A stretch of DNA of 64,000 nt from Klebsormidium nitens. Its lineage: Eukaryota; Plantae; Klebsormidiophyceae. Location of the stretch: assembly GCA_000708835.1 (NCBI GenBank), contig DF237058.1:131038-195037 (forward strand). The letters are read 5' to 3'. The translations under genes and the position numbers were made by a program. Below the pieces are notes generated by a model. It was not told the DNA's origin. It made no database searches and saw only the letters and a program-made list of their open reading frames with translations. This document shows, one piece after another, positions 1 through 13,300 of this stretch (its first letter is position 1; each line of letters begins with the position of its first letter).

Positions 1-17
1 ATGACACTCGTGCTTAC

Positions 18-1097
18 CGAGGCCAATGGAAGAGGCAATCCCCAAGAGGATCCACCAGACTGCGTACTTGAATGTTGCCACCAACTCATGTATGTACTGC
101 AGGATGCACGGTTGAAAAACTGCTTGAATCAAACTTGCTCGATCCTTGCTTCTGAAGATGGCTAAACAAAAGTCCCTCCTTGATTTTGTTTAGCAGCTCT
201 TGACTTGACAACCACTTCCAAGTTCCCGAACATCTGCAGAATCCACTGCAACCACTTTTCATCAACATCATTCGCATCAATAATCAAACGTCAGATTCTG
301 ATTTGTCCACCTTCAGATCCTACACCACTTCTTCTACACCACTTCTTCGACTGGCCCTCGAGGCTGATGCAGATGCCGTTTTTTTGCCTTGAAAAGACTC
401 GGCATCACATCTTCCACACCAGAATTTTTGGGTAAGCATTCCCCATCTTGAGAGTAATGGCACATCACTCCAAATTGCAAATATTGACAAGGGCTAAATC
501 GCACTCACCTTGTGTTGTGGAACGTCCAAGACCCAACATGTGCTGGCTACAAGACCAAACAACAGCAGGACTGCTTGCATGAACCGCCGCCTCCGCAGAT
601 ATTGCAGCGTCTCCGTCAGGTACTCAAGGACCGCCAGGCAGAAGTACTTTAGCGTCAGCAGAGGATGCCGCGTGAGAGAGAGGCGGTCGCGCAACCTCCT
701 TTGAGCATCTTGAAGGGCTGCAGGCCAAAGAGGGGAGTCAGATACAGCAAATAAAAGTTTTCCAATTTTCTTTGAGCATCCTCTTCTTCCAAAAACAATT
801 GAAAAACAAACACTCTTCATTGGGGAAACAACATTAGTACCACCTTCCATCACCTTTCAGCTACTGCAAGTGGTTGTCCTGGTCACTTTCTCAAAACTAG
901 GGAAAAAGTCATGTTGACAGTCTGGACATTTGTCCAAAGAACATGAGATGTTCTGAACAAGAGATCAGCAGCAAGATCAAAAGGAGACGCTCACCATGCA
1001 TCTCCTGTTTCTGTCTTCCTGCCAGGTCCTCTTCCGTCCCGCTTGGACCCTCCATCCCTTTGATCTCTCCTTCAAAGTCACCAGCTGTCTGTGCCAT
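18..1097 (-). CDS. VMP1: Vacuole membrane protein 1 / KMS1-like (5' portion; gene continues beyond the window start)
   Basis: Exons 1097-995, 717-509 and 96-18 have GT-AG boundaries and compatible phases. Translation: MAQTAGD...ALQDAQRRLRDRLSLTRHPLLTLKYFCLAVLEY...YAVWWILLGIASSIGLG, matching the VMP1 motif WWxxLGxASSIGLG. Confidence 0.85.
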
Positions 1098-1707
1098 CCT
1101 TCTCCACGCTACAGTCCTTCCATTTTCTGACTTCTCTTCGAAACAAGCTGGAAAACCTAGTCTTGTGAGTGGGGCGTCACTTTCATTTTTCCTCCAGCGC
1201 ACAAAACCCCTGCTTTCGGCTTCGAATGACTCGCGTTGCAGCACTGCAACCTCAGCAAGGGTGTGATGAAGAGGCAGAGCAAGGATCTTCGGAAGCAAGC
1301 TAGGTATTACTATTAGATGTAGCGCCGCCACTTCTCCCAACTGACTCGAAGTTGTGGCAGCTTTCTTCTTTTCCTCCACTTTCGAAGCTCCTGCTGACGG
1401 CTGATTTGGTTGACAGGATCGACTCGGGAGGGTTACTCGTTAGCCGCTCTGTTAAAGTGTCGACATGGAGTTCAGGGACAGTGTGCGAGTCGCGACACCA
1501 TCTGAACATGGTCAGAGGATTAACCAACCCGGGTTTCTGGTGAGAGGTTAGCTGTCCGGCCAAAGCCAGACAGAAGTCTTCAAAGCGCACTGGTTCAAAG
1601 TGAACTTCTGTCAAAGCGCATTGGTTCAAAGCAGAAATTTCTTTTCAAAGCAGATTTCTTTTTGCCAACAGCTCACTTCGTACCGCAACAATTCAGCGCT
1701 CACGGAG

Positions 1708-2964
1708 ATGGCTAGTGGAAACTATCAGCAGGGGAAGAACTGGACCAGCGGCGGGGATGGAAAAGGAAATGCAACCTACTCGAATGGCTATGGAGAGAAG
1801 ATCTCCAACCCGGTATGTCTGCTGGCCTGACATCCAATTTGGAGGTGTCTGCCTGTTGCATCTGAACCGTCTTGCGAAAAGTCTGTGAAAAATGGCTGGC
1901 CAATGTTCCAGAATGTCTGGCTTTTCTCACATTATGCACTGCTTGATCTTTCAGCATTGTCTTATATCTTTCTAGAAGCATTGGTCTCCCCTACATCTGT
2001 AAGCATAGAATTGAAAGATTGAGGTATGCTGCTGCAAGCCAGACTTCAGAAATCAAATCACAGAGGTGGCGAAATGTAACAGTTCAGAGCCCCTCTCAAG
2101 TGTTATCCACCATTGGCGGTTCTTACAGAGCGCTTACTTCGACACGGTGGCAAAGAATTCCTATGGGTACAACAATTCATACAGCAACGGGAATGGAAAG
2201 GGGATTTCAAATCCGGGTTCTTACTTCAAGGTAAGCTCCATATCCAAGAGTAATGACTCGCAGGGCCACAAGAATATGGAAGTGCCTGAATAACCATCTT
2301 TTCAGAGGACGAGGTTTTCTCCAGCTTGACCCCTTTGCTTGCGTCTCTGCAGTGGGTTTTGGAAGCCTCTGGAAAGTTCCTAACATCCTGCCTGTCTGCA
2401 TAAAATCCCTTCTCAGTTGATCAAGCCTGAGATGGTCAAATCCAATGAAGTCCTACTATCAACGTGCCTTCACTTCAAACATGGCAGTAAGAGGCACCTA
2501 CATACAATCATTAAGGACAATTGTTTGTTGAATGATTTGTCCTAACCACCACTAAATCTGCAATGCAGGCCGTGGCAGAAGATCGTTATGGGTGAGTCCA
2601 GTTGCTGGTTGACAATCTCTGCACTCAAGTGGGCTGAGCAGCCTACAATTTCCTTGCTCTGAGAGTGCCCTTTCACTTCACTCTTGATGTTGATTCCTTA
2701 GGCACTTTCTGCTCGACCCCTGCCAACCAGATAAGTTGAAGCCTTTCAAATGTCATTGTTCTTGTTATTGCCCTTGCAGCTACAACAAGAAGTAGTGTCC
2801 ATGAGCCGGATTCAATGCGATGGGCGAACGGGTCGAGTGGTGAAGGTTCTTGGGACTTTTTCATGCGGAGGGAGTTCAGAGTAGTAGCAATATGTTATAT
2901 ATAGGTTTGTAAGCAGTTGTACAGAAGATATACAGAGGACCGATGTGCTAGGTCTGCCTTGTAG
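1708..2964 (+). CDS. Hypothetical ~80-aa Gly/Asn/Ser/Tyr-rich protein with a 29-aa internal repeat
   Basis: Exons 1708-1812, 2129-2230, 2569-2591 and 2952-2964 have good GT/AG sites (CTAAC branch-like motif before exon 3). They join in frame: MASGNYQQGKNWTSGGDGKGNATYSNGYGEKISNP|SAYFDTVAKNSYGYNNSYSNGNGKGISNPGSYFK|AVAEDRYG|SAL*. The last exon is uncertain; an upstream acceptor could extend the frame to 3247. Confidence 0.6.
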
Positions 2965-4318
2965 CCATCAAGGGGTATGGACTCCTCGGCCAGCTGATGT
3001 TTTGTGCGGCTGCCTGGACCAGACAATAGAAGGGACCTATAGTGGTGGCAGTCACTCAAAGAGTCTTGCAAGCGGACCACCATCCAGATCGGAAGGGTTC
3101 TGTTGCAAAGCAGAAGGCTCAGGGCCTCTAGCCGATCCTTCCACCACGGAAGGGAATGTACTTTCGAAATACAACCAAACACTGTGGGCACAGGGTCACG
3201 AGCAGAAAGTTGAACGTACTGTAAATCCAATAGACCTGAGCCTTTGAAATCGTTGGTATAAGTTGTGCACATATAATATGTGTGGTTCTGATCATTTCGC
3301 CTCCCGAATTTCAAGTTTTATGTTTGCGGCTTGTGACATGTTAATTTGATGTGACAATGATATTATAACCAAGCACAGACGTCATGCAGCTTGGCTCGTA
3401 TATATGAACGGCTAGCTATGTATAGGCTACATTGAACCATGTCGGATGCTTGTAATTGCATATACAATTTGATTGGAAATGTACAAAAACTTGTCCGCGA
3501 GGAAATGGTTTTGATGCTGGCAGCGCCCGCGCGTCTCAGCAGATGTGGAAGGGCCGGGGCAGCTACATGGATACGGAAAGATTTCTTCTTGTTGGCGGCC
3601 CATCATGTGCATATAACGGCCCATATACGTGACACAATTCTTCATATGCAAAACAAAGAAGCCGCCTGCAGATTGACTGAGGGGCTCCAAATATACCATT
3701 CTTGACACAAGGGACTCGGCTGCCCGGCATTTGCAGCATGTGAGCACTGACCTAACCATCGCTCAATATTGAACTGCAAAGTCTTATTCAAGAACTGAAC
3801 CTTTCGGAAAGGAGAGGCATGCATTTGGTTTCGAACTTACAAAAGTCAACTCCTCATCCTGTTAAGCCGTACGTTTATCTTGTCGTGGACGGTCGCTACC
3901 GACCAAGGACTTGCTGCCGGCTGATCTTGAACGATCCTTTTAACCTGCTCTTTTCATCGAACGACGGTATAAGGGTCTACCTGGATTGTCCTATGTAGAT
4001 TCAAAAACGTGCTTTTCGAATCCAGGTGCAGGAAGAAGGAGACCAAACTTCGCGTAGGGCTGCGTCCGTCACCTGATCGAAACAATATCATTGGATTAAA
4101 AGAGCATTTGCCGCATCAGCCCGTTCAAGCGCATAGACGTCAATTCTTTGAAATCTTTAAGGCGACAGAAGAGACAAACAAGGAGCGCGAACGTCCGAAA
4201 TCAAAGGCGATCAACGTGGGCATGCGGAAGAAAGGAAAGAGGAGCCACCGCCTGACCTCGATCATGCTTGCTTCTTTCGTCCGCTGCTCCGCAGAACATG
4301 GCCGTATGAGAACCGCCC

Positions 4319-7300
4319 TTACAACCTTAGTCGACCTCCGTACATGTTCTGCACCTTGACCTGCATATTCCAAAGCGCAATCATTCTTCTCGTATCAGGC
4401 CTCAAAGGCGTTCAGACTGAAAGAATCCAACACGTGCGTCAGACGCTAAGGAAGCTCAAAGGAGCAGAAAACTGAACTTTTCAACAGACTGAGTTCCGGG
4501 TCAGCTTACCTGGATGCTGTTCTCGGCCCGCTGCTGGATGGCGCCCCAGAAGCTCCAGCGATCGGCAAGCCTGGAGAGTAGAGGGTTTCAGAATCAGCAG
4601 ATCAGCAAAGATCGACTTGTTTTTGAACATCTGCAGCTTTTCCGATTTTTTAGTCCGGCCTGATTGAAGAGATGCGACCTTTCGAAACTCGCACTCGTAT
4701 CAGGCTCGAATTGCAGATTTACACGCCCGAAGCGCACGCATTAGAAGCCAGACCTCCCTCTCTATGAGGCCCTTACTGCAAATTTATTCAGCCCAATCTG
4801 CACCCTTATCAAGCCAAATCCGCCCTCTAATGAGGCCCGTAATCGTGACTTATTGAGCCCAATCCACACAATTATCAAGTCCAGACTGCCTCCTGAGGAG
4901 GCCCCTACAGCGCACTTGATGAGCTCAAAGTATCCGCTTATCAAGCCCAAATTGCACGCTCAATGCGTTCGAATACCTACCGCTAAATCCCATACACCAC
5001 GCTTTTTGAGCCCAAAGTGCGGACCCAAATCCGCCGTACCAAATCCCCTCACCTCCTGAGCGTCTTCAGGAGGCGCTGCACTTCCTCCAGACCCCCCTCG
5101 AGCACTCCCTCCACATATTGCGCCACAACCGCCGCATACGCTTCCACTGGCGCCTCATTCAAGGCCTCAATTTTCGCCCTCATTTCCCCCCCAGGGGGAG
5201 GCGTGCACTGCAGCCGCAGAAGGGCGCTCCCCTGGGGGGGTGAGCTAGACTGGGACGCGAGTACTGGCAGGACCCCCCCCTGCGCCATGCCCTGTAACGC
5301 GTCGGCTAAGCCGAGCTTTTCTCCGTCGGGGTGCTGTACGTATACGTCCATAAGCGGCTGAAGGACGTCGAGGCCCGATGCGCAGAGGCGCATCCATTTG
5401 GGGGGGTCGCCTGACCAGAGGTTTGACAGGGAGGGAACGGGGGCTTCCAGAGGGGGGGGGTCAGGAACCGGAGATGGTGACTTAGCGACAGGGGGGGGTT
5501 CTAAAGCAGGGACAATTGCATTTACTGGCGGACGAGAATGCGGTTCTGGAGCGGACTGCGAAGTGGGTTTTGGAGCGGGTTTGTAAACCGGTTTAGGGGC
5601 GGGTTTGGACATGAGTTTGGGGGCAGGTTTGAGGGCAGGTCGGGAGGGGGCAGGCAATGGCCTGGTGATGCGCGCTTGCTTTTGGGCGCGGGAGACGGTG
5701 CCGGTTAACTTGACCGGACCCGGTTTCCGCCTGCAGGGGGAGGACGCGAATGAGTTTGAAGCCGGAAGGAGCTGAAGATAATACTTACTATGAGCGGGTG
5801 AATCAAGGCCGTGTGTAGACTTAAAGCACTCGGGGAAGCCTATCGCGAATATCGACGAGTGACAAGTGTCCTTTTCCAGTGACCGGTTCTAGTACTGCCC
5901 AGAAGGGCGACGTTGCTGACTGCTTTGCGATCGGAATCGACCCTCTCCAATTGAAGAAAGCATGCATACAACCGCAGGCGCGAAGGCCGTTTGCAAAAGG
6001 AAAGCGCAAAATATAAACCCGACACCACGAAGAATAAAAATAAGTCACGCAAATTTACAGATGATCTGTTCGTACATCAAGCTCTCGAGAATCCTAGGGA
6101 TCTTGGAGCTCACTTGGGACCAAGGGGAAGGCGCGATCCTTCGCGCGTCTCGTACGCCCGCTCTAGTTCCCTTCGGAGCATCAGCGGAAGCGCGTCCAGT
6201 ACGGACTGGTCCACCTGGCAACGGACGGAACGTTCTAGTAAGTCTCCGGCATACCCTCTTCTTGAAGTTGATAAGCAACTTGGAATGTTGACCGTGTTAT
6301 GCGGTTTGATATGAAGAGCAGGTGTTCGTATTCAAGGACAAAGAGATTATTGGGACACAAGTGTCTAGGACAGTGATCCAACACGTCGTTCGCAAATAGA
6401 AGATTAAGTAGCTTATCTTAAGAGCAGATAAGCAAGATTGAGGTTGTTGTTGGTCTGCAGACTCTGCCCACCATTTCTTGAATAATTCGACGTTTTTTAA
6501 ACGATGCGGACACCGCTAACTCCATATGCTTCTGATCTTCCTCAGTCTCAGCGTGACATCCCCCCTTAATCAAGGAGCAATTTTTCTGGCACTGTAGATC
6601 TGAACGTCGTACCTGTGACATTGGAGGAAGCGCGCTGATAGGGCTACTGCCCCCCGCACTAGTTCCTGTCCCACTCAACCCGCCCACTACTGTCCCTCCC
6701 GCTGGGACCGTCACTAGCGCATCCGACGGCGCCGCCGCTGCCACGTGTCCGACTGAGAGTTCCGTAGAAGCCGCGCTGGTCGCTAGCGCCGTTTCGTTGT
6801 TTAGCAGGACCAACCCCTTTTCCACCGAGTCCCTCTCGTGTTTGTCGATGGAGGCACTACTCTGCCTGGGCTCTACACTCTTGCTAACCGTGCTCCTACT
6901 TGGATTCGATTCGAAGCCGTCCCGTTCCGTTTCGCTAGCCCCCCGTTTCCGGTTCCGCTCGACCCCTTCCGTTCCGCTGATGCCAGGCCCTTTGGCACCA
7001 ATTTCTTGAACCCGGCTTGTGCTCCCCGCCCCAACAAACTTTTGCCGATACGCCTGCTCGAGTTCCGCTCTGATCTCTTCCGGCAGTTCCGCCAGCACCG
7101 CCGGATCCAGTTCCGTCTCGGGGGGAAGGCTCAGACTGCTACCCGTGTCTTGCGGAGGGGGGGGCTCATTCTGCGTGTCTTCCGCCCTGGCTTTTCCCGC
7201 CTTGATCTCCTGCAAATGCTGCCGCCGCTGGGGGTCCAAAGTGTGAAAAATTTCCTCGTCGTCGTGAGCCAGGTTCTGAGGCTCTGCCGGGCGCTTAATT

Positions 7301-10300
7301 ACACCGTCGCTAGCTTGCACCTCATCTTTTTGCGGACGGGCCCCCGTGCTGGCGTTAATACCCCCTGGTTCGGAAAGGCCGCTCTTTTCGGGCAAGAGCA
7401 GAGCCCCAGAACCGACAGCAACAACCGCATCCCGCTTCTCCTTCATGTCTCCTTCACCAACCGACTTTCCCCCTAAAGCCCCACGGGCAGATTCATCATC
7501 GATTTTGCCCCTAGTTCCGCCCATACCCTCACCCACGGGAGCCTTCTCGAGTTCATCTCTAGTCTCGCTTCCCCCAATTGACTCCCCCCCCTCCTTCGCT
7601 TTCTTCCCCCCTTCCTTTCCCCCCCGCTCCAGCCACCCACTAATCCCCCCCTCCTTTGCGCTCCCCCCCGTATCTTCTTCCAGCCGCGTGACCCCGATCC
7701 CCACCCCCCGAATCTCTTTCGGGGGCACCGCCAGCGCGTGGTACAGCGGCCGGATCAGCCGCTCCACGATGCTGACGTCAGCGGTCGCCTCCGGGACCGC
7801 GGCGGATCGGCTCAGATTGTCGCAGTGTCCGCAGCCCATGAATTTGGCGGGCTCGCCCGCGCCCGGTTTGCGCTTCTTGATCTTGAGTGTGAATTGGCGC
7901 CCGCGCACCCCGGCCTCGGCGAGGCGGTGGCAAACCTCGGTGACTAGGTTGGAGAGAAAAGTGAGCGCCTCGGCGTCGGTGCTGAAGCGGACGCCCCAGT
8001 TACACTCGGCGCCCACCTGGCAGGGAGATAAGGTTTGTGATTAGGACATGACAGGCCAAGGGTTACGATTAACCAACAATTAAGATCGCAGATCGACAAC
8101 GTCTTCATCGAAAAACACACCCCACCGGTTTTATCACCGTTGTTGACCAGAATCAATCGTTGAGGTGAGAAGGGGAAAGAAAAGCTTGGACGGTGGATGC
8201 AACCGGTTTACAAAGGGCAGAATCCGGTCAAAGGTAAAGGGAAGCACAACGGAAAGTCCATTTCGAAAAACCAAATCAAGCGAACGCAACGTTTCACGGA
8301 CTTCGTTCCCATTCCAGGAATCTAAGCACAACAGATTGACAGAAAGCCAGACCCACTCGCGCTTTATCTGCATTCAAGTCGCTTTCAACCACAGAGTGAC
8401 ACGTGGCACCCGTCCAACAACTCACCGACTTGCGCTTCTGGTTCGTCTCAAGTTCCTTGATGTCGACGCCCCGAGCGTACGAGTAGAGCATGTCGCCCGT
8501 CTTCACACCGAAGTCGCGCTGAAGGGCCTCCCTGCTGACCCGACGCACGTCGGCGCAGGTGTGAATGCCCGCCACTCGGAGGCGCTCCTCCAGCGACCTG
8601 GAAACAAGAAGTTGGTTATGTAGACAATCTAGACGGTGGCGGTTTCACGTTGCCTTCAAAACACGATATAAGAAGAATAGAACAAGCTTCGCAACTGAAA
8701 GACCAAAAAGCTGCAAGATAACTTCATTCGAGAAGACAGGATTGCTGACAAAATCCGCCGACCTTTCTGCATTTAGTCCTGCCTCGCGCTCCGTCCTTCC
8801 CTGTCTTCCAGCTGCCAGGATCTCCCGCTTCTCGGTGTAGCAAAATTCTATCGATCATCTTAAACGAAGAACGGAAACCTAGCAATATGCGACAAGAATT
8901 GCTCTCGAGATCCACGAGATTCTTACCAGCCCACCCCCGGAAGTTTCCCCACCGGCAGCTCCGCCATATACTCCGCCACGTGTCCAAACTCTATATGGTG
9001 CTGCCCGTTGGGCTTCGCCTTTCTAGTTGCCATGCGCGCGAGCAGCAAATTGTGCGCGATTCCCGCGCTCGCGGTGCATCCCGTCTCGGTGAAGATGCGC
9101 GTCCGCAGGTCGGAAAGTAGAGCGGACGGGTCCGGACAGCCGGTAATGTCCAGAAACGCCTCGTCGCAGCTCACGGCCTGAGAGACAAGAGAGTTGTTTT
9201 GGAGACGGAGAATGAAAAAGGACATGAAGGAAGAAAAGAGGAACTGCACAATAAACGATGAAAGAAGAACAGCACGGTGAACGATAAAATGATAAACACA
9301 TGTCCAGAAAAACCAGAATAAAGACGCTAGTTCCTTCAAGAGATTCATACGAGGGCTCTCTGGTAAACCGGCAGAAGGGTGAAGAGGATGGATGCGGAGG
9401 GCCCGGTTCAACTTAAGCTAGTCCGGTCCTGCAACGACGCGATCAAGCAGTTGTTGCACTGTCATTCGTCCTTCGGTCGAAGATCGAAGCGCGTTTTAAA
9501 CGCTATCAAATCCAGGCAGGGGATCAGACTTCGGCCAGATTCAAAGCGCAGTTGAGGAGTTATGGACCAAAGCAGAGGGGATGAGAAAAAAAACCGACCA
9601 GATTCAAGCGCGGCAACTGAAAGTCAAGCAAGTCAGCGCTTGGCCAGAAGCAGCATCAGCTTTGCATTTGCATGGAGTCTACAGTAAGGGTTACAAACTC
9701 AGAGCGAATAGAGTAACGACGGGACCTCAGTGTCAAGATTGAGAGCGAAACCTACCTGGACCTTGCTGCTCGTTTGGTGCAGCAGCGAGTATAGCTTATC
9801 GGCGACCTGAAAACAAAGAAACCAACAACGATCAGTTCAAATCGTAAGTACATAGAAGCAAGGAAAACTCTCGCTTGCAATTGAGAAACTTTTGGCATCC
9901 TCTTACTTAACACATCGCTTTCGAACGATAGGAAAGTGGAGCAAACCCACTAGTTGCACTGGCCAGCCCCACAAACCCACCTCTTCGTAAGCAGCGAAAT
10001 CGTAGTTAACGATAACCAGGTCCGGGCAGCGCCGCTTCGCCTCGCGCACGAACATGCTGGCCGTTATTCCGTACTCGCGCGCTTTGTAGTTGGCGCTCGA
10101 AATTTCGGCGGTTCCCGAACCCCCTCCGGTTGCGCCCTGGCCCCAACTGACGGCGACGGCTTTGCCAAAGAGCTCCGGACGGTCTCGAACGACGACGTTC
10201 ACGAAGAAACAGTCCTGGGGAGAGGAGCGTTTGAGCAGTCGACAGTTTGTACCTTCAGCGTTTCATGGTATGTGCAGAACGGCTTTCCGGACAATCGACT

Positions 10301-13300
10301 TTCAAAATCCGAGACATATTACCACTTTGAAGACAGAAACTTTGTCCATACTTGTTGACGTGCCACAAAAGGAACGAGCCAACCTGAAGAAACGGGTGCG
10401 GCTGCGAAAAAAGCAGACATTAAATCTGAAGCAATAGACAAAACCCAACTGGGTGGATCAAGGGCGCTCAGGTAACTGCCAAAGAACCTTCAATGACCAC
10501 CCTTCTCTTACGGAAATTGTGAAACGAGCCCACATACCTGACAGGACACTCGATACAGGACCGTATTGCAATATTCCCAATTCTCACCATGTCAATGTGC
10601 ACGATCAGTCGGTCCTTCTCCGCTGCAGGGGATCCCTCCGCCGGCAGCTCCGGCTTTCCCCCCCCTTTCCGCCACTGTTCCCCGCCCCCCATCGCCTGAT
10701 ACCGAGACCTCCACGTGCCAATAAAATGCAGCCGTGAGTTCTTGTAATAGTTGTTGATAAAATCGGGGTCGTCTTTCGTGCAGTGTGAACGGGCGCCAGA
10801 CGGGGCGGAACCGTACCCGTTCGGCCCGGGCTTATTCACACCGTACCCGAGGGCCCTGCCGCTGGGGGACGCGCTCTGGTGTGAAACCGCCCGAGACGGG
10901 CCCCCCCGAACCGGGGAAGCTTCGGAACTACCTGCTTCTGCAACCCCCCCCTCCGGAGCCCCGCCCCTCGACCCCCCCTTTTCGGAAGTATCCGTCTTGA
11001 TTGTTCCGCCTGTGCTTTCGCTGACGCCCCGCGTCTCCTTGCCGGTTTCAATGCCCCCCTCACTTTGGTGGGGCTCGCTTTCGTTCAAGCGAACAGTAGG
11101 CTTTCCAGGGGTGTTCATCTCCTGCTCATCTAGACCCCCCTCCCCATCACCCGTTTCGACGCTACTTCCTACAGCCGGGTCTCGTTGGGCGGCAATCGCG
11201 CTCCCTTCAAATCCGCTTCCGGTGATTCCGCTCCCTGCGAATCCGCTACCTGCCTTTCCGCTACCCGCCATGTCTGACCCTGGCGTTGCTTCCTCGCTTC
11301 TTGTTTCAATTTTCTCAGAAGTCAAGCGCGGTCTTTTCTCCCCAGGCTTCCCCTCGCTCATCTCCGAATTGCTCTCCCCCGCTCCCCCCATTTCGGAAGC
11401 GTCCCGTGACCTTTTCTTCCCTGACGCAAACTCCGAGGGGGATGTTCCTCCTGATCTGGCAGCCATCTCGTTCAATGCCCCCACCTCCACTCCACTCATC
11501 TCCGCTCTAGAAGCACCTCTTCCCAGGATTTCGCCGCCTTCCGGTCCTGCCCGTTCTTTAATACAGTCTTCGAAACACCCTCCACTTTGCCCTTTGGGAC
11601 CTTTTCCCCTTTCCCCCGCCTCGGAATTCCCCAACTCCTTCCCAACAATCTCGCCGTTTGCCCCGTCTAAGACGCCATCTCCCTTCTCCGACTCCATTTT
11701 TGCCCCTCCGGACGCAGACTCCGGACCCTCCAAAAGAAGCACGTTCCTTTCGGATCTTGGGTCCCCCCCGAAACTTACTAAAGCCGGTGGAGACGGCCCC
11801 GGTTTCGCCGAGGGGGGGGCGCCCAGCAGCCTGGTCGCTGGTGCATCTGACCCCCCCAGCCGGACGAGCGTCCGGCCGAGGACGCTCTGGCCGGGGTCGT
11901 GCTTGATGCGGACGTGTTCGTACGGCCCCACTGCACAGGGGAAAGCGTCCGAAAGAGCACAACATGGTGGGCTTGGAGAGAAGACTTTGAGGCGACGTTG
12001 AAGTTGAGACGAAATGGGCTTGAGCGAACCATCACAGAAAGTGCTCGTACGGACCCACCGCAAAGGGCCAAAGGAAAGCAATCGTAAGGATTCAAAAATC
12101 GGTTGGGCTCGGACGATTGGATATGGTGATGTTTGAACTGAAAAGAAAATAGAAAAAATAGGAACTCTGAAAAGTGCTTATTTGGACCAACTGCAAACAG
12201 CCGAAGGAACGCGCTAGAACATCAAAATCGGGTAGCCTCAGAACATCGATACTCAGGAGATGTTGAAACTGACACGAAGTCCTCTGTGTACAGCATTGAG
12301 AAGTGTTCATACGGGCCCACTGAAAAGAAGGTGGAAAAAAGTTCGAAAAGAATCGAAACGGGTTGAGCTCGGATTGCGGTAACATGGAAGCTGACAATGT
12401 GCGTGAGAATGGAACTGTCAGGAGAGCGGGGAGAGGCGGTGCCCCATTAATCTGTCTTGAGAATTTTAAAGCTGAATGTCCGTAATTCAGTCGTCTTTTC
12501 CATTGCAGTGTTGCTGCGCATCAGTCGGACATCCGTCGCTGAGCAACTGTGAATGGTAGGGGGACGGTAAGAAGCACAGGAGGATCGCACGAAAGACTGC
12601 AACAAGAAAGGCATGAAGAAAATTGGGGAACGTGCTGACTTGGCAGCAGCTTATTGGCTGCGATGGAGTCGGTGATCCACTCGGGCTTGAGGACTGGAGG
12701 CCGGCCGCGCCCATGCCTGCAAGTACGATGTGAAAGGTACGCTTAGAAAGAAAGAAAGAAAAATGCTCAGAAAGAAGAAAGAAAGATGGTATCTATGACA
12801 TAAGCATTGACGGGAAGTCCGCAAATATCGGCTGTAGAGCGAGTAGCCTAAAAAGAGACGTAAGGACCTAACGATGCCTGTGGAAGCGGAAACCTTTCAT
12901 TGAAAACCTTTCGACGATGCATGTCGGGCGGCCACAATATGACGGCTTCAACAAAGGCGACAGTTTGAGGGATCCCCCTGAAGTGCGCACCTGTAATCGG
13001 CGTACTTGCTGTCAGTCAGGTGGGTGCATATGATGTGGGTCACACCGGTGTTGGGCGTGTAGTAAGTCTCGAATACTGCACGCAAACTAGCAAGCAATGA
13101 CTCTCACAAAGCACGTTAGAGATAACAAAGTACGTTTTAGTACTAAAATTCAGGATTCTTTGGCCGTCAGCTTTGCCGCAAGCTTTACTCCTCGAGGTCA
13201 CCCGTTTGAAACAAACAAGGGGCAAAACGAGCAAAGGGGGTGAACCGTCAGAATGTAATCGTTACGATTTAGCGAGCACACCAAAAAGTAGGGATTCCCC

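Noticed and set aside
6797-8044. Several + strand ORFs (212 and 232 aa)
   Set aside because: Antisense to the large REV1 exon 8016-~6613.
10751-12001. 416-aa ORF on the + strand
   Set aside because: Antisense shadow of a GC-rich, low-complexity REV1 exon; Pro/Ser-rich with no recognisable motif.
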